Positions 21,243 to 33,439 of a stretch of DNA of 64,000 nt are shown one piece after another. Origin of the DNA: an uncultured delta proteobacterium (GTDB lineage Bacteria; Myxococcota_A; Polyangia; Polyangiales; Polyangiaceae); assembly GCA_963806225.1 (NCBI GenBank), contig CAWDXG010000001.1, positions 1,184,001 through 1,248,000 on the forward strand, given 5' to 3'. Position numbers and translations under genes: made by a program. The first letter of the stretch is position 1, and each line of letters starts with the position of its first letter. Below the pieces are notes generated by a model. It saw nothing but the letters and a program-made list of their open reading frames with translations. It had not been told where the DNA came from and ran no database searches.

Positions 21243-24200
21243 TGGCATTCGCTCCAATCGCCATCATCGGCCGTGCATGTTTGCTGCCTGGTGCCCACGC
21301 GCCAAGCGAGTTGCTCGAGCTCGCCCGCGACGGCCGCGACGCGCTTTGCACAGCCCCGCCCGGTCGCTGGCGTCTGCCCGAAGCACATGTCGGGGACAGC
21401 GAGGAGGATGCGGGCACCTGGCGCGCTGGCTACGTCAGCGGCTTCACGTTCGACCCGAGCGGCTACCTGATCGACGCCGATGAGCTGGGACCGCTCGACC
21501 CGCTGGTGCACTGGGTGCTCGACACCGCGCGCCGTGCCCTGCGCGACGCTGGTACGCTCGGTTCCAATGCCTCGCGTACCGGCGCGGTGCTTGGCAACTT
21601 GTCACTGCCTTCGACTGGCGCATCCCGGTTCGCCGAGCAGGTCTGGCTGGGCTCGCTGGCCGACCGCCTCGGGCTCGCGCCCGTTGACGTCCGCAACCGC
21701 TTCAACAGCGGCCTGCCCGCGCACCTGCTCGCACGCGCGGTAGGTCTCGGTCTCGGCGCATTCGCCCTCGATGCGGCTTGCGCATCGTCGCTGTACGCAA
21801 TCGAGCTCGCCTGCCGGGAGCTCCAGCAGGGGCGGGCTGACCGGATGCTCGCAGGTGCGGTCAATCGCGCGGACGACCTCTTCCTTCACGTCGGCTTCCG
21901 CGCCCTCGGCGCGATGAGCCCCACAGGCCAGAGTCGCCCGTTCCACGAGGAAGCCGACGGGCTGGTACACGCCGAAGGCTGCGGGTTCGTCGTCCTCGAG
22001 CGGCTGGAGGACGCAATTCGAGCTGGACGAACCATCCACGGTGTCATTCGCGGCGTCGGACTCGCCAACGACGGCCGAGGCAACAGCCTGCTCGCTCCGA
22101 GTGCGCGGGGCCAGGCACGGTCGATGCGTTTGGCGCTGCAGCAAGCGGAGCTGACGGCCGACGATATCTCGTACATCGAGTGCCATGCCACGGGCACACC
22201 AGTGGGAGACGCGACGGAGCTCGAGTCGATGCGCGCGGTCTACGGCGAACGTCCGCGAACAATCGGCTCACTCAAGGCCAACCTCGGGCACTTGATCACG
22301 GCGGCTGGCATCGCAGGTCTCGTGAAGTTACTTGAGTCGATTCGCGAAGGGGTGTTCCTTCCGACGCCGCACCTGGATGCGCCAAGCGCCGCGCTCGAGG
22401 CGTCACCGTTCGAGACCCTGGAGCGGCCCGCGCCGTGGTCCGGTCCGCGGCGGGCAGGACTCAGCGCATTCGGCTTCGGCGGCAACGACGCTCACGTCGT
22501 GGTCGAAGCGCACGAGCCACGGCGGGTGCTCGCGCAGGTGGTCTCGAACGTGGCGTCGTCCGCGGTGGTGGTCGTTGCAATGGGCGCGCGCTTCGGCGAT
22601 GGCCAGTCCACGGCGGACCTTGAGCGGCGGCTGTTCCGCGGCGCGGGCTCGCCCCGCGCAGACGTGGTCCGGCTCCCGGTGCGCAGTTTGCGGTTCCCAC
22701 CCACCGATCTGGAAAAGGCCAGCGCGCAGCAGACGATGCTGCTGAGCGCTGCGCTCGAGGCGACCGAGAGCCTCGTGCTCCCGCGGGACACCACTGGCGT
22801 GTTCGTCGGCTACCAGTGCGATCCCGAGATCGCCCGCTGGGGGGCGCGATGGCGGGTGCGCTCGTGGGGGGAAACGCTGGGCGCCGATGACGCCTGGATC
22901 GAAGAGGCCCAGCAGCGCTTCGCGCCGTCGCTCGAGTCGGCACACGTCGTGGGAACGTTGCCAAACATTCCCGCCAACCGGCTGAGCGCACAGTTCGACC
23001 TATGCGGTCCCAGCTTCACGACTTCAAGCGAGGAGCTGAGCGGGCTGCGCGCCCTAGCGATAGCCGTGGACGCGCTGCGCCGTGGTGAACTGGACGCCGC
23101 ATTGGTGGGCGCGGTCGATCGGTCGGTCGAACCTGTCCATCAGACTGCGGTGGGCAAGGACGAGACCGCAGACGCCGCGGTGGTGCTGGTGCTGCGGCGC
23201 AAGGAAGACGCCGTGTGCGAGGGGCTGTCCGTGCTCGCCGAGGTGACGACAGAGCCGGACACCGCTGGGGCGTTCGCCTCGGGCCTGCCGTCGGCGCACG
23301 CGGCGTCCGGCCTCGTCGAGGTCGCGTGCGCCGTGCTGTGCGCTGCGCGGTCTCGCAGGCCCGACGGGAGTGCCTGGGAGGAGCAGGAGCGGCGATTGCG
23401 GGTCGACATCGAGGCGCTCGGCGACCAGCGCAGCGGTGTGACCATCGTCGGGCGCGGCGAGGCGGCGGCCGCCATTCCGGAGCCCGTGGCCAACCAGCCG
23501 GTTCTCGAGTTGGCCGCGCATCTGCCGCGGGTCGCGCTCGCGCCGCTGCGGACGAGCGCACAGTCGATGCCACCCGCACCCGAGCTGCCGCCGACATCCT
23601 ACACAGCCCCGCCTGCTCCTGCCATGTCCGCGACCGCACTGCGCTCTGCGTACGGGCCGAACCGGGGCGCGGTTGCCGAGAGCTCCCCGCCGCTGGGCGT
23701 ACACGCAGCGCCGACCGCCGCAGGCGTCGAGGACGCGCCACCGCTCCCGAAAGGGAGCTGGCTCGCCGCGTTCGCCGAGCAGCAGATGCGGATTGCCGCG
23801 GCGCACCAGCGCTTCGTCACGCAACAGGCCGAGCTGCACCGGCAGTTCTTGCAGATGGCTCTTCGCGTGCCGTGGGACACTTCGTCGCCGGGCTCGCCAA
23901 TCGCAGAAGCCGTTCCCGCTCCGGTCGCGGATTTCGTTACCAACCCGCCGGCCGCGCCGATGTCACTCGCGTCGGCCGGCCCGGCCGTTCCTCCCGTGGA
24001 AACGCCGCAAGGGACGCTTGGGGCACCGTCGGCCGTCCGGCGCACACGCGCACACGCGGACTCGTCGCGCAAGGCAGCGCCAGAGTCGAAAGCGGGCCAG
24101 CTCCCCGTCGCGTTCCAACCGCGCGGACCGTCGTTTTCACGCGAACAGCTCCTCGTGCACGCTTGCGGCACGATCAGCGACATCTTCGGACCGCTGTTCG

Positions 24201-27200
24201 AGCAGCAAGACCATCACGCCGTGCAAGTGCGCATGCCCGCGCCGCCGCTGCTGCTCGCCGACCGCTGCACGGGTATCGACGCCAAGCCGGGGTCGATGAA
24301 GACGGGCACCTGCTGGACGGAGACCGACGTTCGAGCCGACTCGTGGTACCTCCACGATGGCGCCATGCCCGCCGGCATCATGGTCGAGTCGGGCCAGGCC
24401 GACCTGTTCCTCATCAGCTATCTCGGTGCCGATTTCCTCAACCGTGGCGAGCGCGCCTATCGCCTGCTCGGCTGCGAGATCAAGTGGACCGGCGACCTCC
24501 CGAAGATCGGCGAGACCCTCGTCTACGAAATCCACATCGACGGGCACGCCTCGCAGGGCGACGTGCGGTTGTTCTTCTTCCACTACGACTGCCACATCCG
24601 CGGGACCGACGGCACCACCCGCCCCGCCCTCGAGGTTCGCCGGGGTCAGGCTGGCTTCTTCAGCACGCGGGAACTCGCGGATTCGACCGGCATACTATGG
24701 AGACCGGACGCTGAACCGACTCCGCCTCCGGCGCGCGTCGACCCGCCCCGGGTGCCGCTGGCACGGCCAAGCTTCGGGCGCGACGATTTAGAGGCGTTTG
24801 CGGCTGGGCGCCCTTGGGACTGCTTCGGCGAACGCTTCCTGCGAACGCGCACGCACACGCGCACCCCGCGCATCCAGGACGGCAACATGCTGTTCCTCCA
24901 CGCCATCGAAGAGCTCGATCCCGAGGGCGGTCCGTGGGGCCGAGGCTACCTGCGCGCGCGTGCCGCCGTCTCCTCCGACGACTGGTACTTCGCGGGGCAC
25001 TTCAAGAACGACCCCTGCATGCCTGGCACGCTCATGTTCGAGGGATGCGTGCAGGCGATGGCGTTCTATCTGACAGCCATGGGCTACGCCATCGACAAGG
25101 ACGGGTGGCGTTTCCAGCCGATCACCGACGAGACCTATCCTCTGCTCTGCCGCGGTCAGGTCACTCCGACGAACAGAGAGCTCACTTACGAGATCTTCGT
25201 CGTGGAAATCCACGATGGCCCGGAGCCGCGAGTCTATGCGGACCTCCTGGGCACCGTCGACGGCCTGGGCGCCTTCTACGCCAAGCGATTCGGTCTGAAG
25301 CTCAGCCCGGAATGGCCTCTGAGTAGCCGCCCCGACCTCGCGCCGACCGGCCAGGTCGATTCGCGCGCGGCCACGGCGTCATGGCAGGGTGGCCAGCCGC
25401 ACCGGTTCGATGCCAGTTCATTGCTCGCGTGCGCGTGGGGCAAGCCTTCGACGGCCTTCGGCCCGATGTACGATCGCTTCGACGGCGTCCGCCGCACCCC
25501 GCGCCTGCCCGGACCACCGTACCTGTTCATCACGCGCGTCACGCGGGTGGACGGCGCCATGGGCGGCCTCGAGACGGGCACCACCTTCGAATTCGAGTAC
25601 GAGATCCCCGACAACGCGTGGTACTTCGACGCGAACGGCGCACGCATCATGTCCATTCGCCGTACTGCTCGAAGCCGCTCTGCAGCCGTGCGGATGGATC
25701 GCGAGCTACGCCGGCAGCACGCTGACCACCGAATCGGATCTGCTGTTCCGCAATCTCGATGGCAGCGGCACCGTCCGGTCCGACGTGTTCCCCGACAGCG
25801 GAACGTTGCGCAGTGTCGTCAGCTTCCGCAGCGTCTCGGCTTCGGGCGGAATGCTGCTCGTGTCTTTTGGCGTGCGTTGCTTGGTTGGCGACACCGAGAT
25901 CTACGAGCTCGAAACCGTGTTCGGCTTCTTTCCGCCTTCGGCTCTGGAGAATCAGGCGGGCTTGCCCACTACCGATGCGCACCGAGCCCTTCATGATGCC
26001 GCGCCGAATGTGCACATCGCTTTCAAGACGCGGCCGGAGAGATTCTTCAGTGGCTCGCTGCGCATCGCTGGATCGATGCTGCTCATGCTCGACCGGGTGG
26101 TGCACCTCGACCTGAGCGGCGGGAGCGCAGGCCTGGGCGCCCTGAGAGCGGAGAAGGACGTCGACCCGGGCGAATGGTTCTTCAAGGCACACTTCTACCA
26201 GGACCCGGTCCAGCCCGGCTCGCTGGGTATCGAAGCCATGCTGCAGCTCCTGCAGGTGTTCATGCTCGAGGCGGAACTGGGGAAGGAGTTCGTACGGCCG
26301 CGTTTCGAAGCCATCGCCACCGAGCTGCCGCATACGTGGAAGTACCGCGGGCAGGTCCTGCCCGAGAACAAGTGCGTTACCACCACCCTGGAGATCGTCG
26401 AGATCGGGCGCGACGACAGGGGCGCCTACGCCCTGGCCGATGCCTCGCTGTGGGTCGACGACAAGCGGATCTACGAAGCGCACCGCCTCGGCATGCGCAT
26501 CGTCGAAGAGGATCGGGGCACGAGCGACGTTCACCCGACCGCGACGCGACGCGACGCGGGCGACACGGACGTTGCGAGCGGTGGCGCTCTCGACATTGCC
26601 GCGACGGTGGATTTCTGGCGTGACTGGTTCGGCATCGGCGCGTGGCCGGCGGAGGACTTGTTCTATGGGCTTGTCGAACGCTTCGCCGCTGGATTCCATA
26701 TCGAAGACGCAAGCGCGCTGGAGGCGCTCCGTGGACGCGGCGCGCTCTATCTCGGCAACCACCAGACCGCCATCGAGTCGCTGATTCTGTCGATTGTCGC
26801 ACCAGCGTTCCACGGAGTGCCGATGCACACGCTGGCAAAGGTGGAGCACCAGACCAGCTGGCTCGGCCGACTGGTCGAGCAATGCTTCCGATATCCCGGC
26901 GTGCAGGACCCTGGCATGCTCACCTACTTCGACCGTCAGGATCCCGGCTCACTATTGGGCATCGCCCGCGAGCTGGCATCGACTACCGCGGCGCGGAGTG
27001 TGATGGTGCACGTCGAGGGGACGCGAGCACGGTCCGCTCGGCAGCGCATCGAGCGAATGAGCGGCATCTTCTGCGACCTGGCGCTCGACGCGGGCGTCCC
27101 CATCATCCCCGTTCGCTTCAGCGGGGGACTGCCGGTCGAACCGGCCGCGAACAAGCTCGATTTCCCAGTGGGCATGGGGAGACAGGACTACTGGCTCGGG

Positions 27201-27527
27201 ACTCCGATCGCGCCCAGCGAGCTCGCGACGCTGTCCTACAAGCAGCGGATCGACCTCGTCGTCGCGCGGATCGTGGCGCTCGGGCCACGGCCGGCGGACG
27301 AACGACCGCACAGCCCCGACCAGGAGCTCGAAGCGCTGGTCGTGGCACGTGCCGCGCGAGGCGTGCCACGCGCGCTCGCGACCGTCGTCGAGGTGTTGCG
27401 GCTTCGGCGCCCGGTAGGCGCCGAAGCCGCAAGACTCCTCGGTGCAATCGAAACCGGCGACTTCGAGCCGCTGGGGAACGACGCACGCGGACGTTGGGCA
27501 CGAAACCTCGCGCGCATGCTCCGATAG
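21242..27527 (+). CDS. PUFA synthase PfaBC / myxobacterial Pfa3-like (KS-CLF-FabA-like DH domains-AGPAT); one frameshift at ~25652
   Basis: TGATG overlap with pfa2; KS DAACASS, ECHATGT, GHLITAAG; Cys-less CLF; DH YFAGHFKNDPCMPG and FFKAHFYQDPVQPG; C-terminal PlsC-type LGNHQTAIES...VHVEGTR...PIIPV. Confidence 0.9.
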
Positions 27528-27680
27528 GCAACGCTTCGTCTGCAGCCGCATCAGCCGGAAGCGTCGACATCCAGAGCCGACCGGGCGAGACGCCGCACTC
27601 TCCGGTCGAAGGCATTCTCCAAGCGCGAGCAGCGGGTCTGCGGCCCGCTCGCCAGCGGGCGCTTCGGTCGCGCGTTGCGG

Positions 27681-28157
27681 TCATTCGTCGATACCGCGAC
27701 GCCCCTGCTTGAAAACGAAGCGCTTCAGTATCCAATAGCGGAGCACCACGGACAGGAACATGGCCAATGCCGCGACCAGATAGAAGCGATGGTGTTCGTC
27801 CAGGGGGACCCCTAGATGCTGTGTGACGCTCGCCACCCAGGCGCTCTCCGTGAGCGCCATCACGAAGAGGTAGTCGGTGACCCGCACGGTGCAATCGGCG
27901 ACCGCGTAGCGGACGAGCCCAACCCGCGTCGTGGACTGCCGGAAGGTGATCCGCGCGTGGTTCGCGTAGGCAAAGAGCAGAGCGACAGCATGGGCGACGG
28001 CGTAGCTCAGCCACGGTGACACGCCCATTTCGGTCAGACCGACCGCGATCGAGAGACGAAGGGCTAGCGTCATCCCGCCGACGAACAGGTACCGTCCAGT
28101 GCGCGCACCCCGCCGTTCGCGAGGGCGGGCTTGGGCGTTTGCAGGGGCAGAATCCAC
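27681..28157 (-). CDS. GtrA-like small membrane protein
   Basis: RYLFVGG...YANHARITF...RY...YWILKRFVF pattern with about four hydrophobic segments. Confidence 0.7.
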   Translation of the reverse strand: MDSAPANAQARPRERRGARTGRYLFVGGMTLALRLSIAVGLTEMGVSPWLSYAVAHAVALLFAYANHARITFRQSTTRVGLVRYAVADCTVRVTDYLFVMALTESAWVASVTQHLGVPLDEHHRFYLVAALAMFLSVVLRYWILKRFVFKQGRRGIDE

Positions 28158-28619
28158 GGAATTCAGGCGGCGGAGACGCGGGGAGAGCTCGAGGCACGCG
28201 GCGCGTGCTGGTCATCGCCGCTTCCGGGCTGACCCCCTGCCCGGCAACCGACCTCGTGGGCCAGGAAATCGGCCGCGTCGATGCCACATGCACACCGGGA
28301 GTTGACATCAACCGACACCATGCGTCGCTGCCGCGCCGGATTCTAGGCGACGCCCCATCTCCCGTGAACGCTACTGATAAGTACCCCGCTGGCACAGCCC
28401 GCTGGATGGAACATCGGGGCATCTGCCGGCGCCTCTCACAGCCCGCAAGCGGATTCGGGGGCTGGCGTTGCAGGGCGTTCGGAAGCGCCATCTCGACGGC
28501 CCCGGCGGGCGCGGGCAGAGCCGCTGCAAGATCGTCGGCTTTCGCCTCCAGGGCAGCGCGGAGAGCCCGTTCCCAAGCAGGGCCAGGGCCTGCGGCGGAT
28601 CCTGGCCCATCCTGGGGGC

Positions 28620-29960
28620 TGTCGCTGCGCCAGTGGGTGCTCACCGTACCGTTCGACCTGCGCCTGCTGCTCGCCAGAAACGCCGCCGCCTTCGGCGCCA
28701 CGTGCCGCATCCAGGCCGAAGAGCTGCTCGCCTCCTACGAGTGCCGGGCGCGACAGGCTGGCATCGGAAAGCAACGCGGAGAGATCGTGCGCGGCGCAGG
28801 CGTCTCGTTTCCCCAGCGCTTCGGCGGCAGCCTCAACCTCAACACGCACAACCACGGCGCGTTCGTCGACGGTGTGTTCGTCATCGAGCGAGGATCAACA
28901 CCCGGCGCCGAACGCAGCGCGCGCTTCCACCAACTCCCGCCACCCGAACGCGACGAGATGGACGCCGTATGCGATCGCATCGCCGTGCGCTTCCTACGCT
29001 GGCTCGAACGTCGCAGCCTTTTCGCCGTGGAGCCCGATCACTTCAACAACGAGGCGCCGGAGCAATCCGCTCTCGGGAGCTGCAGCCAGCTCTCCCCTGG
29101 CATCGGCGTGCTCACATCCGTGCCCGGCGAGAACGCTCCACCCGCGGACGCCGACGAGCAGGCCGAGCTCGAGAAGCTGAAGCCAGCGCGCGGTCGCCGC
29201 AGCCGCTACCTCGGCGAGGCGCAGGGCTTCGGCCTGCACGCTGCGGTGTGCGTCCCTGCCGGCAACAACTTCGGCCGCGAGCTGCTGCTTCGCTACTGCG
29301 GGCGCCCGCCGTTCAGTCTCGAGTGCTTGAGCCTACTCCCCAGCGGCCACGTCGCCTACCAGATCAAGAGTCCGTGGCGCTCCGACCAGACCCACCGCGT
29401 GATGGAACCCCGCGAGTTCCTCGCCCGACTCGCCGCCCTCGTCCCGCCGCCGCGCACCCCGCTAGTCCGCTTCCACGGTGCCATCGCCCCCAACTTTCCC
29501 CCGGGGCACCGTCGTCGCGCTGGCGCCGAACGCCGGCGTCGAGCGGAGTCCGCAGTCGTGCTCGACCGCGCCCACCAAGCGCGAAGCCAAGCGCCGGGAC
29601 GATCCACAGCCCGAGCGCTGCACGCCAGCGCCCACAAAGACCGCGGAGAGCAATGTCGAGCGCAGCGTCATCACGACGGCCGCATGTTCGCCGCAACCGC
29701 CAACAGCAGACCGCAGCGCCTCCGCCGAGGCGCCCACCTCTCGTGCCGCATCCGACTGCGACCTCCTCCGCATCTTCGAGAGCGCCATCTCTCGCATCGA
29801 TTGGGCCACCCTTCTTCGCCGCGTCCACGACATCGACGCCCTCGCCTGCCCCTGCGGCGGCCGCCTCCGCTTCACCGACCTCGTTACCGAGCCCGACGAA
29901 GCGCGCACAATCCTCGAAGAGCTGCGCCTCCCAGCGACCCCGCCCGCCATCCTCGCGGTC
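28620..29960 (+). pseudogene. IS91-like (HUH/Y2 rolling-circle) transposase remnant; N-terminal Zn-binding region missing, frameshift at ~29500
   Basis: RQWVLTVP, QRFGGSLNLNTHNH (HUH), LLRYCGRPP, EFLARLAALVPPPR..LVRFHG..APN, WA.LLRRV..ID...CPCGGRLR. Confidence 0.8.
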
Positions 29961-30342
29961 AGCTCTTCAACCCGCGCTCCGTCACGATCGCTGCGTTGCG
30001 CTCGTCGGCGCGCTTCAACGCAGGCCGGGCCGCCAGGCGCTCGGCGTATGCGACGAAGGCTGGGCGCGCCTCGATCGTCCCGAACTGCATCATGTAGCGC
30101 AGCGTCCCGCCGAAGATGACGTCGGCCATCGAGAAGCGGTCGCCGAGGACGTACTCGCGGCCTTCGAGCGCGTGCTCCATCGAGTCCAGCACCGCGTCGT
30201 ACACGCCCCACCCAGCCTGGGAGGGCCTGTACTCCCAGCCCCCCATCTTGGCCATCACCGCCGGCTCGATGACCGCGGGCGCGAAGCAGATCCAGCGCAG
30301 GTACGTACCGCGCGCCGGGTCATCGATCGCCGGGGCGAGGCG
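29959..30342 (-). pseudogene. Glutathione S-transferase, C-terminal half only
   Basis: LAPAIDDPARGTYLRW...YVLGDRFSMADV...AF.AY.ERL.ARPA; N-terminal domain replaced by IS66 sequence. Confidence 0.8.
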
Positions 30343-31783
30343 GCCGGACGACCACGACTGCGCTTGGAAGGAGCACGCGGCCGAGCTGAAGCAGCAGCTC
30401 GACGAGGTGCTCGAGGCGCAGCGGCGACAGCAGGAGCAACTCGAAGCGCTCAAGCGGCAGCTCTTCGGCAAGAAGAGCGAGAAGATGCCGCCGATGGACC
30501 GCGAGGTCCGGCGCGGCACGAAGGCCAGACCCGAGGAGCGCCAGCGCCAGCGCAAGGCCAACGCGGAGCTCCGCGCGAAGAAGATCGAGACCGAGACGGT
30601 CGACGTGCCGGTGCCAGAGGCCGAGCGTCGTTGCCCGAAGTGCCATCGCACCGATCTGAAGCTACTCGGCGACGGCAAGCCGAGCAGCATCATCGAGTAC
30701 GTCCCCGGCTACTTCCGGCAGCGCATCTTCCGCCGCGAGAAGCTCACCTGCCCGTGCGGCGAGTACATCGTGACCGCGCCCGTGCCCGACAAGGTCTTCG
30801 ACCGCACGCAGTACGGCCCCGGCTTCATGGCGCACCTCGTCGTCAGCAAGTGCTGCGACTCGATCCCGCTCTACCGGCTGGAGCAGCAGTTCAAGCGGCT
30901 CGGCGTGCCGATGTCGCGCAGCACCATGACGCACCTGTTCCACCGCGTCGGCGGCGTGCTGACTCCGCTTGCGACGCGCATCCTGGCGCTCATCGCGGCC
31001 TCCGACATCGTGCTCGCCGACGAGACCTCGAAGCGCATGCAGAGCTCGAAGAAGAAGGCCTACATCTGGACCTTCATCGCGGAAAACCTCGTCGCCTACC
31101 GCTTCAGCGCCGACCGCAGCGGCAGGACGCCGAAGGCCGTACTCGGCGGCACGAAGGGCACGCTGCTCGTCGATGCCTACACCGGCTACAACGCCGTCAC
31201 CGACGTCGACGGCCGCGAGCGCGCAGGCTGCCTCGCCCACGTCCGCCGGAAGTTCTTCGAGGCGCTGGACAGCGAGCCCGAAGCGCAGCACGCGCTCGAC
31301 CTCATCCGCGAGATCTACGTCATCGAGCACGACGCGCGGAAAGCGGGCATCGTGCGCACCGCCGAGCACGCTCGGCTGCGCTGGGAGCGGACGCTGCCGC
31401 TGATGGACAAGCTGTATCTGTGGCTGACCGAGCGCCGTGATCTCGACCCACCGAAGAGCAGGATGGGACGCGCCGTCCGCTACGCGCTCGAGAACTGGCA
31501 GGCCCTCACGCGCTTCATCCGCGATGTGCGCATCCCGCCAGACAACAACGCCAGCGAGTCGGCGCTGCGTGTGGTCGCGCTCGGCCGGAAGAATTTCCTC
31601 TTCGTCGGCCACGTGGAAGCCGGCGAAAACCTCGCCGCGCTGTACACCGTCGTCGCCACCTGCATCGCCAACGACGTCGACCCGCTCGCCTACCTCACCG
31701 ACGTGCTGACCCGCCTCGACTCCACCCCCGCCGACGAGATCGACCGGCTGCTGCCGCAGAACTGGGCGCCGGCTACGTCGTAG
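30343..31783 (+). pseudogene. tnpC: IS66-family transposase TnpC (start, tnpA/tnpB and left end deleted)
   Basis: Leucine zipper RQLFGKKSEK, CPKC/CPC zinc ribbon, PLYRLEQ, ADET, DAYTGY, GCLAHVRRKF, DNNASE..LR...GRKNFLF, DP..YL..VL...LLP.NW. Confidence 0.9.
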
Positions 31784-31817
31784 ACGGCGTCAAGGACGGC
31801 CGTCGTTGGACGGTTAC
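30343..31817 (+). mobile_element. Partial IS66 element; right terminal IR ending ...TTGGACGGTTAC at 31817
   Basis: IS66 termini begin GTAA; the reverse complement GTAACCGTCCAA sits exactly where the integrase frame is broken. Confidence 0.8.
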
Positions 31818-32448
31818 AGCGCAGCGTGGTCTCGATGCGCTGGTGTCCGGCCAGCTCCTTGATGGTCATCACGGGGGCGTTCTTCATCGCGAGCCGACTA
31901 CAGAAGGTGTGCCGCAGGATGTGGAGGGCGCCGCGGGGCTTGAAGCCAGCTCGCTTCTCGACGCCCGCCATCCACATCCGCAAGACCTTGGGCGTGACGG
32001 CTCGCCACTCGCCATGCCATCGGTTGGAAGCCTGCTCCTTGAAGTAAAGAACGCGATCGCCACGAAGGTGTCGGTGGGCTCGCAGCGCTTTGGCCAGCCG
32101 GTTCGTCATAGGCACGTAGCGTGGCTTGCCGTTCTTGGTGGGCCCTTCCTTGCCCTTGCAGACCTGCCGCTGCACGTAGAGCTGCTGCCGCTTGTAGTCG
32201 ATGTCAGCCTGGTTCAAACCCAGGATCTCGCCTCGTCGAAGACCAGCATCTGCTCCTAGCAGGACGACGATCAGATGTTCGCGTCCGAGCTTCTCCGCTT
32301 CCTCGACAAGGCGATCCAGCTCATCGGCTTCATAAGCTTTCAGCTCGCCTTCGCTGACCTTCAGCAAGCGAACCGTGCAGGGCATCGACGGGATAACGCC
32401 CCAACCTGGCGCGCCGGACCCACGCCAGCGCTTGACGCGGACGCTCAT
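31818..32448 (-). pseudogene. Tyrosine recombinase/integrase, internally deleted at the N-terminus and interrupted at the catalytic Tyr
   Basis: GLRRGEI (R), PTKNG (K), LHILRHTF (HxxR), LAGH (H), then ETTLR followed by IS66 DNA where Y is expected. Confidence 0.88.
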
Positions 32449-32807
32449 CGGCGGCCTCCTCGCTCAAGGAACTGGAGGAGGCGATCGCGGTGGAACAGGA
32501 CGCGACGACCGTCGCGCACCAGGCCATCCGCCTTCGTGAGCTGACCGCGTGCAACACGCTGGTAGATCGAACCTGCGCTGGTTCTGAGCAGACCCGCGGC
32601 TTCCTCGATCGTCAGGAGGACCGGCAGAGCGTCGGTGCGTGCAACGCCAGGTCGGGGAGGGGGATGCCAGCGCTTATGCTTCGCGAGTCCTTGGTCGAGC
32701 GAAACCAGGAACGCTTCGCCCCGCTTGGCCATCGCCTGGAACTCCAGGGTCTCGTCCGGGCTCAGCCCCGCCAGCAACAGATCAGGATCGAAGCGAAGGT
32801 TCGCCAT
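32445..32807 (-). CDS. Excisionase-like (MerR/HTH_17-type) DNA-binding protein
   Basis: LLTIEEAAGLLRTSAGSIYQRVARGQL...GRRVLFHRDRL; stop overlaps the integrase start (ATGA). Confidence 0.75.
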   Translation of the reverse strand: MANLRFDPDLLLAGLSPDETLEFQAMAKRGEAFLVSLDQGLAKHKRWHPPPRPGVARTDALPVLLTIEEAAGLLRTSAGSIYQRVARGQLTKADGLVRDGRRVLFHRDRLLQFLERGGRR

Positions 32808-32937
32808 CCTGATCCGGCTACACCGATCAGCTGGAAAAAAATGAAGCAGCCCGTCAAATAGGACGCGCGGCCGGGGAGAGATGGGGGAGAGATTCTCCCC
32901 CCGAGTGCTGATCCCCCTGGTTTTTCGGAAGAATTGA

Positions 32938-33284
<347 letters not shown>

Positions 33285-33439
33285 TTCGGGGTGCCGGATG
33301 ATGCAGGCGGACGAAATGTAGGACGTTTCCGTACCCGGTCAAGCACGGAACGACGGGGACCGGGCGGCGTCGGGCTTTGTGGGCCGGAAAGCGCTGGACC
33401 GCTCCCGGGCCCTGCGGGCTATCCTCTTCGACCCCGTCC

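Noticed and set aside
13640..27527. Programmed frameshifting in pfa genes
   Set aside because: Indels are too many and too irregular, without slippery-site patterns; error or decay is more likely.
30116..30342. N-terminal extension of IS66 TnpC from ATG 30116
   Set aside because: It is the antisense of the GST fragment; the true TnpC start was deleted.
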